Source of the DNA: Eledone cirrhosa | Lineage: Eukaryota | DNA length: 64,000 bases | Assembly: GCA_964016885.1 (NCBI GenBank) | Contig: OZ024747.1 | Location: 82,212,001-82,276,000 of the forward strand | Direction: 5' to 3' | In this document: positions 44,713-59,635 of the stretch, piece by piece | Position numbering within the stretch: position 1 is the first letter of the stretch | Layout of the letters: the number at the start of each line of letters is the position of its first letter | Notes under the pieces: model-generated | The model's input: only the letters and a program-made list of their open reading frames with translations | Database searches by the model: none | What the model was told of the DNA's origin: nothing | Made by a program: the position numbers and the translations under genes

Positions 44713-45355
44713 CACATCTCGGAGGTTGTTTTTCGTTATTTCGTGGGCCGAAATGCGAATCTCGATAATTTATGTTTGTATTTATCTCCAGACTCTAGCT
44801 ATTGACCAGTTAAGTTTCTTGATTTTTTAGTTGATTCTATTGACTGATGACTAGCTTATGTTAATTTTAACTCTTCTGTTGAGAACTCTATTCGATTTGG
44901 GATGTTTTTGCATTCTTGCAAAAATATACACAACTGAATTTATTCGCCTGATATAGGGGCTGCCTCCCTTCACCGATCCCCACGTGGAGTCAGCAATAGT
45001 CAGTCCTTGTATTAACATTGAACTAAAACCTGTTGAGAAAGTGGCTTCCTTGTTCAATCATCTTACCAGAAGCCTGACATTATTTATGTAAGCGGACGGT
45101 ACTTGATTTAGGAGCCGCAGAAACCCAAATACTGGATTTTACCAACCTTCCAGGGGTCCGGGTTAATTTTCAATACCCGAATTACTTGATCGTTTTTTGG
45201 GCTATGCGAATGATTGTTTAACCATCGTCTCAGTGTGTTTGGCCTTTAACGTTTGTTATAGCTCTGGTTCATTTAAATCATTGAGCACTTGCCACACATC
45301 TCGGAGGTTGTTTTTCATTATTTCGTGGGCCGAAATGTGAATCTCGATAATTTAT

Positions 45356-45359
<4 letters not shown>
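44712..45359. repeat. ~66-bp direct repeats 582 bp apart
   Basis: ACACATCTCGGAGGTTGTTTT...GGGCCGAAATG.GAATCTCGATAATTTATGTTT at 44712 and 45294. Confidence 0.85.
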
Positions 45360-45399
<40 letters not shown>

Positions 45400-45403
<4 letters not shown>

Positions 45404-45586
45404 GTTTCTACTTTTGGCACAAGGCCAGCAATTATCCCAGTGCATTACTGGTACTTAATTTTATCGGCCCCGTAAGGATGAAAGGGAAAGTTAACCTCGG
45501 CGGGATTTGAACTCAGATCGTAAAGGCCCGTAACTCCATGCTGAAAAGCATGGCGTCCAACCCTATACCGATACTGCTAATCCACC
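45400..45586 (-). mobile_element. SINE family A between (TA)n tracts
   Basis: Full-length family match. Confidence 0.85.
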
Positions 45587-45619
45587 ATATATATATATAT
45601 ATATATATATATGTTTGTA

Positions 45620-45736
<117 letters not shown>

Positions 45737-45849
45737 GTAGATAAATCTACCAAGAGTTTACGGTAGTGTCCAATCCGTATGAAGAATAATAGAAATGAAT
45801 GTAGATTATGTTCCCAAGAACTATTTGAAATAATGAAATCTAAGGATAT

Positions 45850-46398
45850 CCTATTAAATAAACGACAGGAATTAATTATATCGTGTAATCATAAACTAAG
45901 AAAAACATTTAAATATTATAAACCTAATTAATAACATTATTTTAGAAATTAATATATAATTTAATTTAAATGTTAGTTAACCTATAAATTTAATTTAATT
46001 AAAATTCTACTACAGATGAGATTATAAAATATTGCGTAATCATAAATTGTGAAAAACTTTTAAATATTACCAATATATACTTCGTAAATTAATTTATAGA
46101 TTAATTTTAATTTATTTAACCTTTTATTTAAATTCCTTTACAGATAAAATATAGCAAAATATCGTGTATTCAATGACAGAGAAATAATTTTTAGTATTAT
46201 AGACCTAATTAATGTACACTTTTAGAAATATATTTATAATTTGGTTTTAAATTTGGTCAACCTAAAAATTTAATTTAATTGGCTTAAAATTAATATCCTA
46301 ATACAGATGGATTGCTGAGTGTCATGTAATCATAGACTTAGATAGGTTTTGGATGTATACCTAGTTAATATATTCTTTGCAATTTTTGAAAAAATATG

Positions 46399-46432
<34 letters not shown>

Positions 46433-46860
46433 TATATGTGTATATATATATGTATATGTATATGTGTATGTATTAATTTTAATTTTAATTTTAATTTCTG
46501 TTTACCTATAATTATATTCTACTATAGATAAAATACAATATCTATTTTAATTATTATAAACCTAATTAACATATACTATAAAAATTAATATATAATTTTT
46601 AATTTAGTTAACCTATAATTTATATTCTACTACCGATGTAATACTTTATTTGTTTTTCCCTATTACTAAATTCATTTCCTAATATTGATACCATAACGTT
46701 AATAATTTTAATTTAGTTATACTATAATTAATACTCTACTACTATTTAACTTCAAAATTCCGCTTCAAATATTATAAACCTAAGTAGTATACACCTTAGA
46801 AATCAATATATTAACTATCTTTAGTTTAGTTAACCTATAATTAATGGTTTAACTTATATT
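45850..46860. repeat. Old, degenerate AT-rich tandem repeat (~120-150-bp units)
   Basis: Recurring ATAAACCTAATTAA, GTTAACCTATAA and CTACTACAGAT motifs. Confidence 0.6.
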
Positions 46861-47176
46861 GAAATGCATAATTTTGCCTTCTTTCTTACATATCCTAATA
46901 CTGAAACTATGTAAACACATATTATGATCTAAATGCAGATTAATATTCTATGTTTCTTGAAACCTATATTTACTATAATCCCCCCTCCCCTTCCCCCCCC
47001 CTACTATTATTATTTGTATTTGTAAGCGTGGATGTATGTATGTATATGTAGGTAGGTATGTATGTTTGGGTGTTTGTATGTGAGTATAAAAATACATATG
47101 TGCGCATGTAAATAAGGGTGTATGATTGTGTGTATATATATATATGTATATATATATGTATATATGTGTGTATATA

Positions 47177-47640
47177 AAACCTGTCAAAGGGCAAAGGAGC
47201 TCTTAAGAGTCAATGGCCATCCAAAATCACCGGGAGAGATGACCCCTTAGCCTTTGTCAAGGCAGAATTCTAGGAGAAGGAAAACTCTGATATAACACCT
47301 GCAACCCTGATGGTATCCAATGATGTTGACTTGTTCTTCTTTTTGGTAAATATCATCTTGGTTAAGAGAGTGGGACTGGCTTTGTGCAGTGCCTTTCCTC
47401 ACTATAAAAGCTTCACAGCACAGGAATTGCTTTATATCTGGAGATCTCTCTGCACTTGTCATCACATGGTACCATGGGCCCAGCACTATGTGTCAATAAT
47501 TGTCACAAGTGTAGTGTTTGTACCAGAGTTTTCAAGTCGCTGGCTGGACTAAAAAGTCACACTTGTTTAGCGCATCGGTAGGAGTTCTCCTACATGGATA
47601 TAAAGTAGTGGCCGTACTCGAAAACGAGTTGGCAGCCACC
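47177..47640. mobile_element. Second copy of the 1307-1772 element
   Basis: Near-identical sequence, flanked by TA-rich microsatellite. Confidence 0.85.
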
Positions 47641-47783
47641 ATATATATATGTATCTATGTATTTATGTGGGTATATGTGTGTATGTATATGTATGCACAT
47701 GTATAAGTCTATATGTATATGTGTGTATGTGTATATGTGTACGTATGTGCGCATGTATATGTGAGTGTGTGTATATATATATA

Positions 47784-47833
<50 letters not shown>

Positions 47834-47875
47834 AGTTGATGTGTGTATGTGTGTATATATATATATGTATGTATG

Positions 47876-47910
<35 letters not shown>

Positions 47911-48046
47911 GTGTATGTGTATATATATATATATATATGTGTGTGCATATTTGTCTGACTATGTGTATTAATTTATTTATTTATTTATTTATCTTATTTC
48001 TTTATTTTTTTATATATATGTATATATATATATATATATGTATATG

Positions 48047-48095
<49 letters not shown>

Positions 48096-48422
48096 GTGTG
48101 TATGTGTGTGTATATGTATGTATGTATGTATGTATGTATATGTATGTGTGTTTGTGTGTGTACGTGTGTATATATTTATATATGTATATGTATCTCTATT
48201 TATATATGTATATATGTGTATGTATATCCCTTTATCTATGTATGTCTGAGTTGTGTGAGCGTGTGGTGGTGTTTGTTTGTATGTATATACGCATACATGG
48301 ATGTGTATGTATGTGTATATATGCGTATATGTATGTTATATGTGTGTGTGTGTATATATGTATGTCTATGTATGAGTATGTATGTGTGTGTATGTATGTG
48401 TGTATATATATGTATGTGTGTG

Positions 48423-48459
<37 letters not shown>

Positions 48460-48539
48460 TATATGTGGGTGTGTGTGTATATATATCTTTATATATGTGT
48501 ATGTGTATGTGTGTGTATGTGTGTGTGTGTGTATATATA

Positions 48540-48664
<125 letters not shown>

Positions 48665-48735
48665 GTGGGTATGTATGTGTATGTGTGTATATACATGAGT
48701 GTGTTTATATATGTGTGTAGATATGTGTGTATATA

Positions 48736-48797
<62 letters not shown>

Positions 48798-49115
48798 TAC
48801 ACGTGTGTTGTGAATGTGTATATATATATATATGTATGCGTGTATGTGTATATATATATATATATGTGTGTATATGTGTATATGTCTATGTATTTATATG
48901 TTTATATGTATGTGTCTCTATATGTATGCGTGTGTGTATGTGTATGTGTATTTATATGGTGTGTGTATGTATATGTATGTGTATGTATGTGTTTGTGTAT
49001 ATGTGTATGTATATGTATGTATATGCATGTATGTGTATATATATATATATATATACATATGTATATGTATGTATATCGATGTATATTTTATATTTTACTT
49101 GTTTATATATATGTG

Positions 49116-49190
<75 letters not shown>

Positions 49191-49796
49191 TTTCTTGATA
49201 TATTTCTTTTTTCTTTTTCTTTTCTTTTTATTTCTAAGTTTATAGATACATTTATAAATAGGCAGTCTGTTGACACCGGTGAATACTGACCTGTTCTCCC
49301 CCCCCCCACCTACTTTCTGTATCTGGATCTAAATATGTGTGGCAGTGTTTATGTGCGCGCATTAATGTCCATATGCTTATGATAATAGTATATACACACA
49401 TATATATATGTGTGTGGGGGTGTATGTGTGTATGTATGTTCGTGGTTGTGTGTATGTTTATGCGTATACGCGCGTGTGTGTGTGAATGTACGTATATGTG
49501 TTAGTATATGAATGTGTGTATATATTTATTTTATATTTATATGTGTGTACGTATTTCATCTGTAGATTATAAACATACAGAGACATTAGCCTTGAATTTT
49601 TGTATTTACATACATCTTTTTGGCATGCGTATGCATGTGAACATATATCTTTATGCATATCTGTGAACGAAGTTACTTACACATATATATACACACACCT
49701 AACTGTATAAACTTTTTGTATTTTCATTGGTCAATTTGAACTCTGTTCCCAAACAGACCTGTAATTTTGAATTGTTGTTATTATCAATAAATATAT

Positions 49797-49951
49797 TTCA
49801 TTGTTTCTGAAGACGGCATATATATGTGTTTGGTATGTATATTTAATTTTGATAGTTTGTATAATTTTGTATAATTTTGTACATAGATCTGTTGAATATG
49901 CATGCCAATTCTAACACATATATATCCTAGAAACGATCGTTAAATAATGAA
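49797..49951 (+). ncRNA. Type I hammerhead ribozyme, family C, with 116-nt stem II region
   Basis: TTCATTGTTT-CTGAAGA(49807-49813)-cggcATATATATGTGTT...AACACATATATATccta-GAAA-CGATCG-TT-AAATAATGAA; 10-nt stem I strands pair with one G-U. Confidence 0.75.
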
Positions 49952-50005
49952 CTTTTTTTGTTTAATATAAGGAACTGTTTCATTGTTTTATTCATTATTT
50001 TTTAA

Positions 50006-50052
<47 letters not shown>

Positions 50053-50323
50053 GTATGTGTGTGTGTGTGAGTGGTTTAACAGATGTCACACATTAGTATA
50101 GTGCACGGAGATAATTACATTGTTCTTCCTGGTGTTAGTCCCCTTTAATACAGTGAATGAGTATAGACATTACTTCATGCATTGAGTAATTGTACTGTGT
50201 CTGTCTCTATGTACGTGTGTAAAAGACGCTAAGTTGCTGTTGGCAGTTTGCCTCAAGTGCGCGGGTTGTTGATCCTAAAGCTCTCGCTTGAAAAGTAAAA
50301 CATACACACTCAACAGGCGTATC

Positions 50324-50539
50324 TCAGGGCATAGATGCAACAATAATATATATTTCAAAATTGAAGGAGAATTTTATTGACGAAACTATAATTTGGTCTA
50401 CACTAAAAACTTCTTCTCCATTATTAATGGCTCTGCTCAATGTGTACACTATAATTATGTGAGCAATTGACACATTCAACAAGAAGCAAGTGGTATTAAA
50501 ATACATTCCTATTAAAGAAATTATTCCAGCTACAAACAA
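50324..50539 (-). pseudogene. Possible highly decayed Helitron/PIF1-like helicase fragment
   Basis: NTTCFLL...NGEEVF...FSFNF is loosely similar to NGTRL...GE.VFIPRI...PF.F; weak. Confidence 0.25.
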
Positions 50540-51462
50540 AATAACTTCGTTGGTAAATGTTATGGTGCTGTTGTTCTTTAACTACCAGGTCAACACTGAG
50601 TTAAACCTATGATCAAAAACATTCAAGCCTTGACTATCACAGCGTTTCCTGTCTACTGATGGTATCTTTTCGTTAAGATCAGTTGGAAGTTTCCTCAGTA
50701 ACATTGTGTAAATCATGACACAAGACTAAAAGAGGCAGTATTTGTTAGTTAATTCATATCTTAGTAAATATGAAATATATTGCTGCTGCGGTTGATAGAT
50801 GTAAGTTCAAACTTATATTTAAGGTGGGGTATAGTTTGTTTCCTAATATCTCCAGGCAATCAGTTTTATTTCATTGGTAATGTTATGTGAAGGATCACTG
50901 CATTCCATATGTCACTATTTTCTGAAGATCATATATTAAAAGTTTGTCTGGACCTTTTGACTTTACCTTTTGTACTGCATTTAACCCTTTCAATATTTAT
51001 GGGAAAAGAACAGATTTACACATTTTCTATTCCCATTATTTCTATTTCTTTCTACACTGTTGTATTCCTTTTTCATGTTTTAGCCATGATCATCTCGTCA
51101 TGTTGCTGTCGTTATCCAACCCTAGGTTAGCTCTAATCAACAGCATCTAAAATCTATAAATGTTGTTCTAACCATGATCTGTCTTTTGTATTTGTTTCTG
51201 CTTTTGCCCACCTCAGCTCGGATCAAATAGTCATAAAATCTAAGAGTAAAAGGTATTCTAAAGAAAACCATCTTGTATTTTATTATTTTTAAAACAGTGT
51301 GACTAGTACCATTACTGACTGGCTGGATGCCCATGTAGAGGTTCATTTATTAGTTGAACGACCACCAGAGAGGCTCACATACTTGTTTCTAACTGTCCTT
51401 TGATGATATAAATTTTCAATTTCAAACAACTAATCGTTGTTTTTATATATATATATATATAT

Positions 51463-51589
51463 AAGTAGTAACACACAAGTTAGTTCACCATACCGAGAAC
51501 AATTGTTTCACCTTATTCACCTTATTGTTTCACCGCTAAGGTGAAACAATTGTTCTCGGTATGGTGAACTAACTGTTGTGTTACTACTT
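51463..51589. repeat. Fold-back carrying HHR 3' half GAAA-CAATTG-TT
   Basis: ~50-bp complementary arms next to (TA)n; motif at 51543-51554. Confidence 0.75.
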
Positions 51590-51656
51590 CTACCAAACTC
51601 GAACTCGACCCATGGACTGAGTACTCTACTACTACAGATATCACCTTCCAGTATTC

Positions 51657-51932
<276 letters not shown>

Positions 51933-52916
51933 TTCTTGCCAGATTCTTCCAGTTCTTTTAGATGTTTATCTAGAATGTCAATACCCACTGAATATTTTTA
52001 TACGATCTGAAAAAAAATTTATTTCCTATTTGTAGCATTTAGAACTTCCAAACAGACCCTCCTCCATTAGATCGTTTTTTGGGTTTTTTTTTTGTTGTCG
52101 TTTTATGAATATGATTATATTTTGAAATTTGTTTCTCTTTATTACACTCGAAGTGTCCTGTTAGAAGTGTCCGTGTGTCTACGTCTCTGATATATTACAT
52201 TTTCTTAAATTCTCTTCTGTAATTAATACTTCTGAGAAGACATCAGAAGTGGCTTTAAAAAAGTCATATTGGGTATAAGTATGTATAATCCTCATGTTTT
52301 CCCTCTCACTCTCTTACTCTCACTCGCTCAAACTCTCTCCTGTCTTTCCCTGTCTCTCTTCTTCTCAGTCACTCTCTCTCTCTCTCTTTTTCTCTCCCTC
52401 ATTCACTTTCTTCTCTCTCTCTAATATATCCATAACAGCTGGTGTCTGGCTGTTTCCGATTTATATGTTTTATTTTACATATCATTATGTCTGTATACGA
52501 GCGAATTCACACGCTGTCAACGATTGAAAAGAACGACAAAACTATTGCCTACATTGTCTATAACAATATATATAAGTTTAAACAGATGTAGGTATTCGGA
52601 TTATATTTCGTCTTGCTTGTCTGTTTTACATGACATCTAATAACGTGGACTCCAAATGATGGCTTGACTAGCTCACAAAACAATAACTATAACTAAAAAT
52701 ACAAAACCACGAAAAGAAAAGACATCACAAGACACGTTTGATATTATTATCCACAGACACCTATATATATATATATATATATATATTATACGTGTATGGC
52801 TATGTGTGTGTATGCTTATATATATATACAAGCATCACACACATAGCCATACACCTATATATATATATATAAGCATACACACACAGCCATACACGTATAT
52901 ATATATATATATACAG

Positions 52917-53104
<188 letters not shown>

Positions 53105-53177
53105 TTCAATCTGGCTAAATTTTTCTTTCGCAATATATATACAGATGTGTTGGTATCTGTGTTTCATCACATACATA

Positions 53178-53260
<83 letters not shown>

Positions 53261-53303
53261 TATATATATATATATATATATATACAGTATATATATATAT
53301 ACA

Positions 53304-53569
<266 letters not shown>

Positions 53570-53594
53570 CAGTATATATATATATATATATATG

Positions 53595-53636
<42 letters not shown>

Positions 53637-53652
53637 CACACAATATATATAT

Positions 53653-53729
<77 letters not shown>

Positions 53730-54222
53730 GTGTATATGCAGGTATTTATGTATATGCATACTCAAATTGACTAACAGTCGCTATAGAGATGTCGCTTGGT
53801 CTCTACGAGGAACGAATAAAGTTGATTAAAAATAAAACCGCGTTACGGCAAATGTTTCCAATAAAAACAATAGCAATAGTTTCTTGAATAAATAAGGAAT
53901 TTAGTAATAAGATGTTCTAATACAGTGCTGAAATTAGACAATTTAAAAAAAAAAATTGTATCATTTATTATAATGGCGATGACATATGACATAGACGTTA
54001 GAATCCTGTGCGCTCTCAGTTCAAATCCCGCTAAGGTCAACATTGCCTTTCATCCTTTCTGGGTCAATTAATAAAATACCAGTCCAAGGTTGGTGGATTG
54101 GGGGGTATTGTTAAAGTGTAGGACATTATACTTTTCGATATCTAATCCAATTTTATGCGTTCCGAATATAATTTCCACCCTCTTACGTTAGGAGTTACAA
54201 CAGACATATATTATTAACATAA

Positions 54223-54408
54223 CGGTGGATTGGCAGTATCGGTAGAGGGTCGGACGCCATGCTTTCCAGCATAGTTACGTCCCTTTACGATCTGAGTTCA
54301 AATCCCGCCGAGGTTGACTTTACCTTTCATCCTTACGGGGTCGATAAAATAAAGTACCAGTAATGCACTGGGTAATTGCTGGCCTTGTGCCTAAAGTAGA
54401 AACAATTA
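54223..54408 (+). mobile_element. SINE family A
   Basis: Full-length match; ATTATTAACATA on both flanks (target-site duplication). Confidence 0.88.
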
Positions 54409-55084
54409 TTAACATAGGAAAAAACCAATATCGACACAGTTTCTTTGGTTCAATCTGGCAATTGCCTTCCTTTTTTATTTATTAGATGATTATGAAATTT
54501 TGGATTAAGGACCCAGCAAATGAGATATGATAGATTATAAATGTGATAATCGTACCTGGTCTGCCACACTCTAAAAAAAAACCAAACTGCCCCCCAAATG
54601 GCGAGAAATGAAGCAACATGTGGGGGATTTTAAATAATGAAAACTATACCTATTTTCACAAGAGAAGATATCTGTCACCCACCCCAAAAGGATGGGAGAA
54701 GTCCCCGTCGGACGGGAAGAGTTCACAGGTCTGTCATACTACTTAAAAATAATTGTTCCCCTTCCTCGACACAATATTTATTGGAAAGGATTATAAGAAA
54801 ATAGAATGTACTTTGTTTGAAAGAGTTCGTTAGTAGATAGTAAATACATTACGACGTCCCTTTACTATAGTTTCTAACATCGGTAGAAGACCACATTTTG
54901 GTGCTGTGGTATAGTCGAGGTTAGTTGCCGACTGGTAACAATTTTATCGGCTGCAGAAGGATGAAACACAATATATACCTGCCTTTCAGCCCAGAACGTA
55001 AACAGTCGTAACTAAGCACTTTTATCCATTACTTTACCCATTCCACTGTTCGCACTCTTCGATGATCATTTTTAACACTGGGAG

Positions 55085-55249
55085 AAAATCGACTCCAGTG
55101 AGTTACTGGTATTTTATTTTAACGATCACGTAAAGATGAAAGGCGATGCTAACCTCAGCGGGATTTGATCTCAGAACGTAAAGGGCTGTAACTCTATGGC
55201 ACGAAGCATGTTGTCTGACGCTCTACCAATACTGCCAATCCCCCGCCCT
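55085..55249 (-). mobile_element. SINE family A (diverged)
   Basis: Family match. Confidence 0.75.
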
Positions 55250-57576
55250 GAGTTCACGATATAATATTGGTAAAACAAATATATTATTAATTCATTTCAG
55301 TGCAGTTTATTATTTTATTTGATATGTTTGTTTCGATGATCTGAATAAATTCTTTAGCTGCTAGCTTTCAAATCATCTCTTAAGGTTATAGATTAGGAAG
55401 CTAAAGATAGATAAATTAATGGTCTTGTGTTCACATGAAGTCGATTGGAATTGGAAATAAAACAAACGTATGCCCATGCGCAGAGAGATGAAATAGACTA
55501 ACGTTTCGTGATGAAATATCTTGAAGAATTTTAGAAGTTAGATTAAACAAGAAAGTTCTAAATTTATTTAGACGGAGAATGTACGGTGTTAGGCATTTTA
55601 ACAGCATTTCTAAACGTAAAATCAGTAATATTATTTTCAATATGTATACATAGCCTCAGCCGGATGGCTGGAACAGGTAAAAGAGTAAAAGAGTATATAT
55701 TGGTAAATGTCACTTCAAGATCATACATCTTGAGTTAGAAACAGAAATATGAAGAATTAGAATAACAAACCTGGTACTATAGTTGTATAATCTCTAGCTT
55801 TTGATTAGAACATGTATCAGAACGTGGAATAACCCAAAGATAAGTTGTACTCACCTAGAAAGAGAACGAAAAAGAAACGTGTAAATAACAAAATTACACA
55901 AGATACTATTTTAACATAATGTTTTCTGATATAGACACAGGCCAACAATTTGTGGGGAGGAGAAAGTCGATTAAATAAATCACAGGGCTTTACTGGATTT
56001 TATCAACTCTGTGAGGATGAAGGCAAAGCTAACATTCTTCTGACTTCTTGGGTAGTAGACTTAATCTATTGCCGGTTTAACACCACTATCTTCACTTCAA
56101 AATTACACGGGTGTGCATCGTGACGTAGCTTTGAATTAAAAAATATTCTGCTCGCTGGCTGGAAAAAATGAGTGGGAACGCAAGCATTCGCACAAGTTTT
56201 CAATTTTATGATAACTTCCTCTTGTCTTCATAAAAATCACTTGAGGTCCCGAAAAAACTAAAAAGCTATGCGAAACGGGCTTCTCTCTCTGACTAAACGG
56301 GCTTCTCTCTCTGATTAGTTTCCATATGTCTCGGCTTACCGAGTATTCAGGTCAGCAGTGTAACCTTCAGTTACTGTTTTTGATCTAATACAGAAATAGA
56401 GGGTTGTCTTTTTAGAAGATATTACGAAATGTTCAATAAGAATTTTAACGGTAGGAAATTAACTTGAATTCACTATCAAATAGTTTTGTTTTACATTTGG
56501 TTATAAAACTAACAGTTCGATAGAGAAGATAGATGAGGTCGAAGATAGATGAGGTCGAATATTGTTGAGTATATGTGGAACTTTAAATATCTATGATTCC
56601 TGAAATGATTAGCTGACTTAGTTATCAACTTAGGTATTCAACACCTGCTATAATTACAGTTATATGTACACACGCATTATCACAATTTCTCTGTGTACTA
56701 ACATTGGTGAGATCCACATTGCTTTACATAGATAATTCCTAACTACATTGAAATCTTGATTAATTTAAAACAATTCTTTTAATTCTTTTAATTAAGGAAT
56801 TTCTTCATTTCTTTACCCCAACTAAACTCCGCAACAACACAAAAGCTAATTATCTTTTCTAATTACTACTTCGACTCCTCCGACACATTACTCTATTAAT
56901 ATAAAGTATTTTAGTTTATTTTGTCTTTTTTTATTTTATGTTTTAATTTCCGTTTCCTTTCATTTTCCAAGTAATCTTCTTCATAGGCAATGCAAAGAGA
57001 GGTCATGTATAGATTTCTTGAAGTTGGAAAAGAAGAGGTGTGAGAGATAAATTAGCACAGTTCTGCTCATTTCTGTGAACCTACTCTTGGGTCGATGAGT
57101 TTGAAGGAACCAGAAAGTTACGATTAATACAACGTTACTGACCCAAATATACCCAAGTCTCTAAGTTGTACCACTCTGTACCACTCTTATTTGATCTGAG
57201 ACCTTGTGTTGAAATTAAACAATTACATCATACTAGAATAGTTTTAGCCATTCAAAAACACACACAAAATGTTAAATTCATTTTTTATTTATTTTCGTTA
57301 GACTAATTGTAACCTGGTCACTAACAGAGTACGACGGAATTTAACTGGTTGTGTGTTTTTGAATAACTAAGATGACACACGATGTAATATTCCAAGTTTA
57401 TTTCAAAATGGCGACTGAGAAACTTTTCGTAGCATTTAATCTCGGAACATTACACTACTATGATATCTTAATTACACTTTATAAACCTCATATTTTATAA
57501 AAAGATAGGCAAAGTTTTGTAATATCCACAGAGATTACCACTTCAGATAGCAGTATCCATCTATATATATATATAA

Positions 57577-57664
<88 letters not shown>

Positions 57665-57667
<3 letters not shown>

Positions 57668-57880
57668 AATAGCTTTCACCGTATGTTTGACTAAAGGAAT
57701 TTTAGCCTGATAATAGGGTTTAGAACCCTCAGATAAACGGAAAAAGATGAGTATTGACGTACATGGGAGTATTGACTCCCATGTACATCAATACTCATCT
57801 TTTTCCATTTATCTGAGGGTTCTAAACCCCATTATCAGGCTAAAATTCCTTTAGTAAAAAATACGGTGAAAGCTATTATA
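57665..57880. repeat. 216-bp near-perfect palindrome abutting (TA)n
   Basis: 106-bp arms with a few mismatches around loop ATTG; the right arm ends in GAAA-GC-TA (57868-57875). Confidence 0.9.
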
Positions 57881-57994
57881 TTTTCTAATTTCAAACCTGC
57901 TCACTGTTTCAAAACATACTTACTTGGCATCTATATATATATTATTTAAAATTATAACCTGTTGACTTGTACTTCATGTTTATATATGTGTGTA

Positions 57995-58041
<47 letters not shown>

Positions 58042-58299
58042 ATGCGTGTGTGCGTGTGTGTGTGTGTACTTCCTTCATAAAAGCCTCAAATCTATCAAAC
58101 TGTTTGCCTCATTTATTTGAAGCAAAAAAAGTGTATAGATTTGAGTTTTGTGCACAACATAAAAATTTCTTTCTTGAACTTGGTTTTTTTTCGCTTGCTC
58201 TATGCTCTATCATTCAAAGTCCTCTATCTCTTTCGTGTTTCTTTTTAATATATATTAATATTTACATTACTCCCCACTCTCATCTCTGTTTTATATGCC

Positions 58300-58349
<50 letters not shown>

Positions 58350-58567
58350 ATCTCTCTCTCTCTCTCTCTACTTATCTATTTATCTATCCATTCATCAATC
58401 CATCCATCCATCTAATGCTAACTTCCAGAAAACACTCAATGTCCCTTTCATCTATAGAACATCCTATACGTTTACAGTAAAAACCGAATTTAGGTGCAGC
58501 AAATGCTATACACACACACTATAAATAACTAACTATATGTCTGTGTGTTTATACATATATATATATA

Positions 58568-58710
58568 TTAATAATAATAATTGTGAAGACTTAAATCCAA
58601 AGAGGGCCCGATAAGGAGAAGTATATATCAAATATATAAGAACCATAGAAGATCCCGTTAAGGGTGAAAGCAGCGATTCTTTGCTTAAACCTTAATCTGT
58701 TATTTTAATA
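58568..58710. mobile_element. HHR family E element with internal inversion
   Basis: Reverse-complemented 3' tail joined to GAAGATCCCGTTAAGGGTGAAAGCAGCGATTCTTTGCTT; homolog at 58957-59227. Confidence 0.75.
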
Positions 58711-58918
58711 TATATATATATATATATATTACTTAAAATACATGACAACTAAGCATGGGTTTTCATTGGTACTCAACGCTTCATGGTCGCATCCGATTAA
58801 TCATAGGAGATTAATCTACCATGCACCATCAATCGTCAGTCTTTGCGAAAATATATGTGCTTCAATGTTTACGTATCAAGTGCTCATTCTTTCGTTAAAA
58901 TAATTCAGACTCAGACAA

Positions 58919-58956
<38 letters not shown>

Positions 58957-58958
<2 letters not shown>

Positions 58959-59227
58959 ATAATAATAATAAATGTGAAGACTAAAATCCAAAGAGGGGCT
59001 CGATAAGGATAAATATATATCAAATATATAAGAACCCTAGAGCAAATATTTATTAAAATAACAGATTAAATTTTAAGCAAAGAATCGCTGCTTTCACCCT
59101 TAATGGGATCTTCAGAAGATCCCATTAAGGGTGTAATAAATATTTGCTCTAGGGTTCTTATATATTTGATATATATTTATCATTATCGAGCCCTCTTTTG
59201 ATTTTAGTCTTCACATTTATTATTATT
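58957..59227. mobile_element. HHR family E fold-back centred at 59114
   Basis: Minus strand CTGAAGA-TCCCATTAAGGGT-GAAA-GCA..TGC-TT; centre GATCTTC-A-GAAGATC; the right arm has an internal deletion. Confidence 0.8.
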
Positions 59228-59228
59228 G

Positions 59229-59415
59229 CGGGGGATTGGCAGTATCGGTAGAGGGTCGGACGCCATGCTTTGACCTATAGAGTTACGTCCCTTGCCATTC
59301 TGAGATCAAATCCCGCCGAGGTTAACTTTGCCTTTCATCCTTACGAGGTCGATAAAATAAAGTACCAGTAATGCACTGGGTAATTTCTGGCCTTGTGCCG
59401 AACCTAGAAACAATT
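59229..59415 (+). mobile_element. SINE family A
   Basis: Full-length match. Confidence 0.85.
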
Positions 59416-59478
59416 ATTACTATATATATCTATCTATCTATCTATATATATATATGTATGTATGTATGTATGTATATA

Positions 59479-59538
<60 letters not shown>

Positions 59539-59539
<1 letters not shown>

Positions 59540-59635
59540 TCGGTGTCCCAAAAAATGAATACACACTTCGACATTCTAATAAATATTGGCTATACAGGTA
59601 ATGAAAGTGTGTATACATTTTTGGGGGATATACTG
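59539..59635. mobile_element. Tiny Tc1/mariner-type MITE
   Basis: Imperfect ~30-bp TIRs (..GTCCCAAAAAATGAATACACACTT / AAGTGTGTATACATTTTTGGGGGATA..) with TA flanks. Confidence 0.6.
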
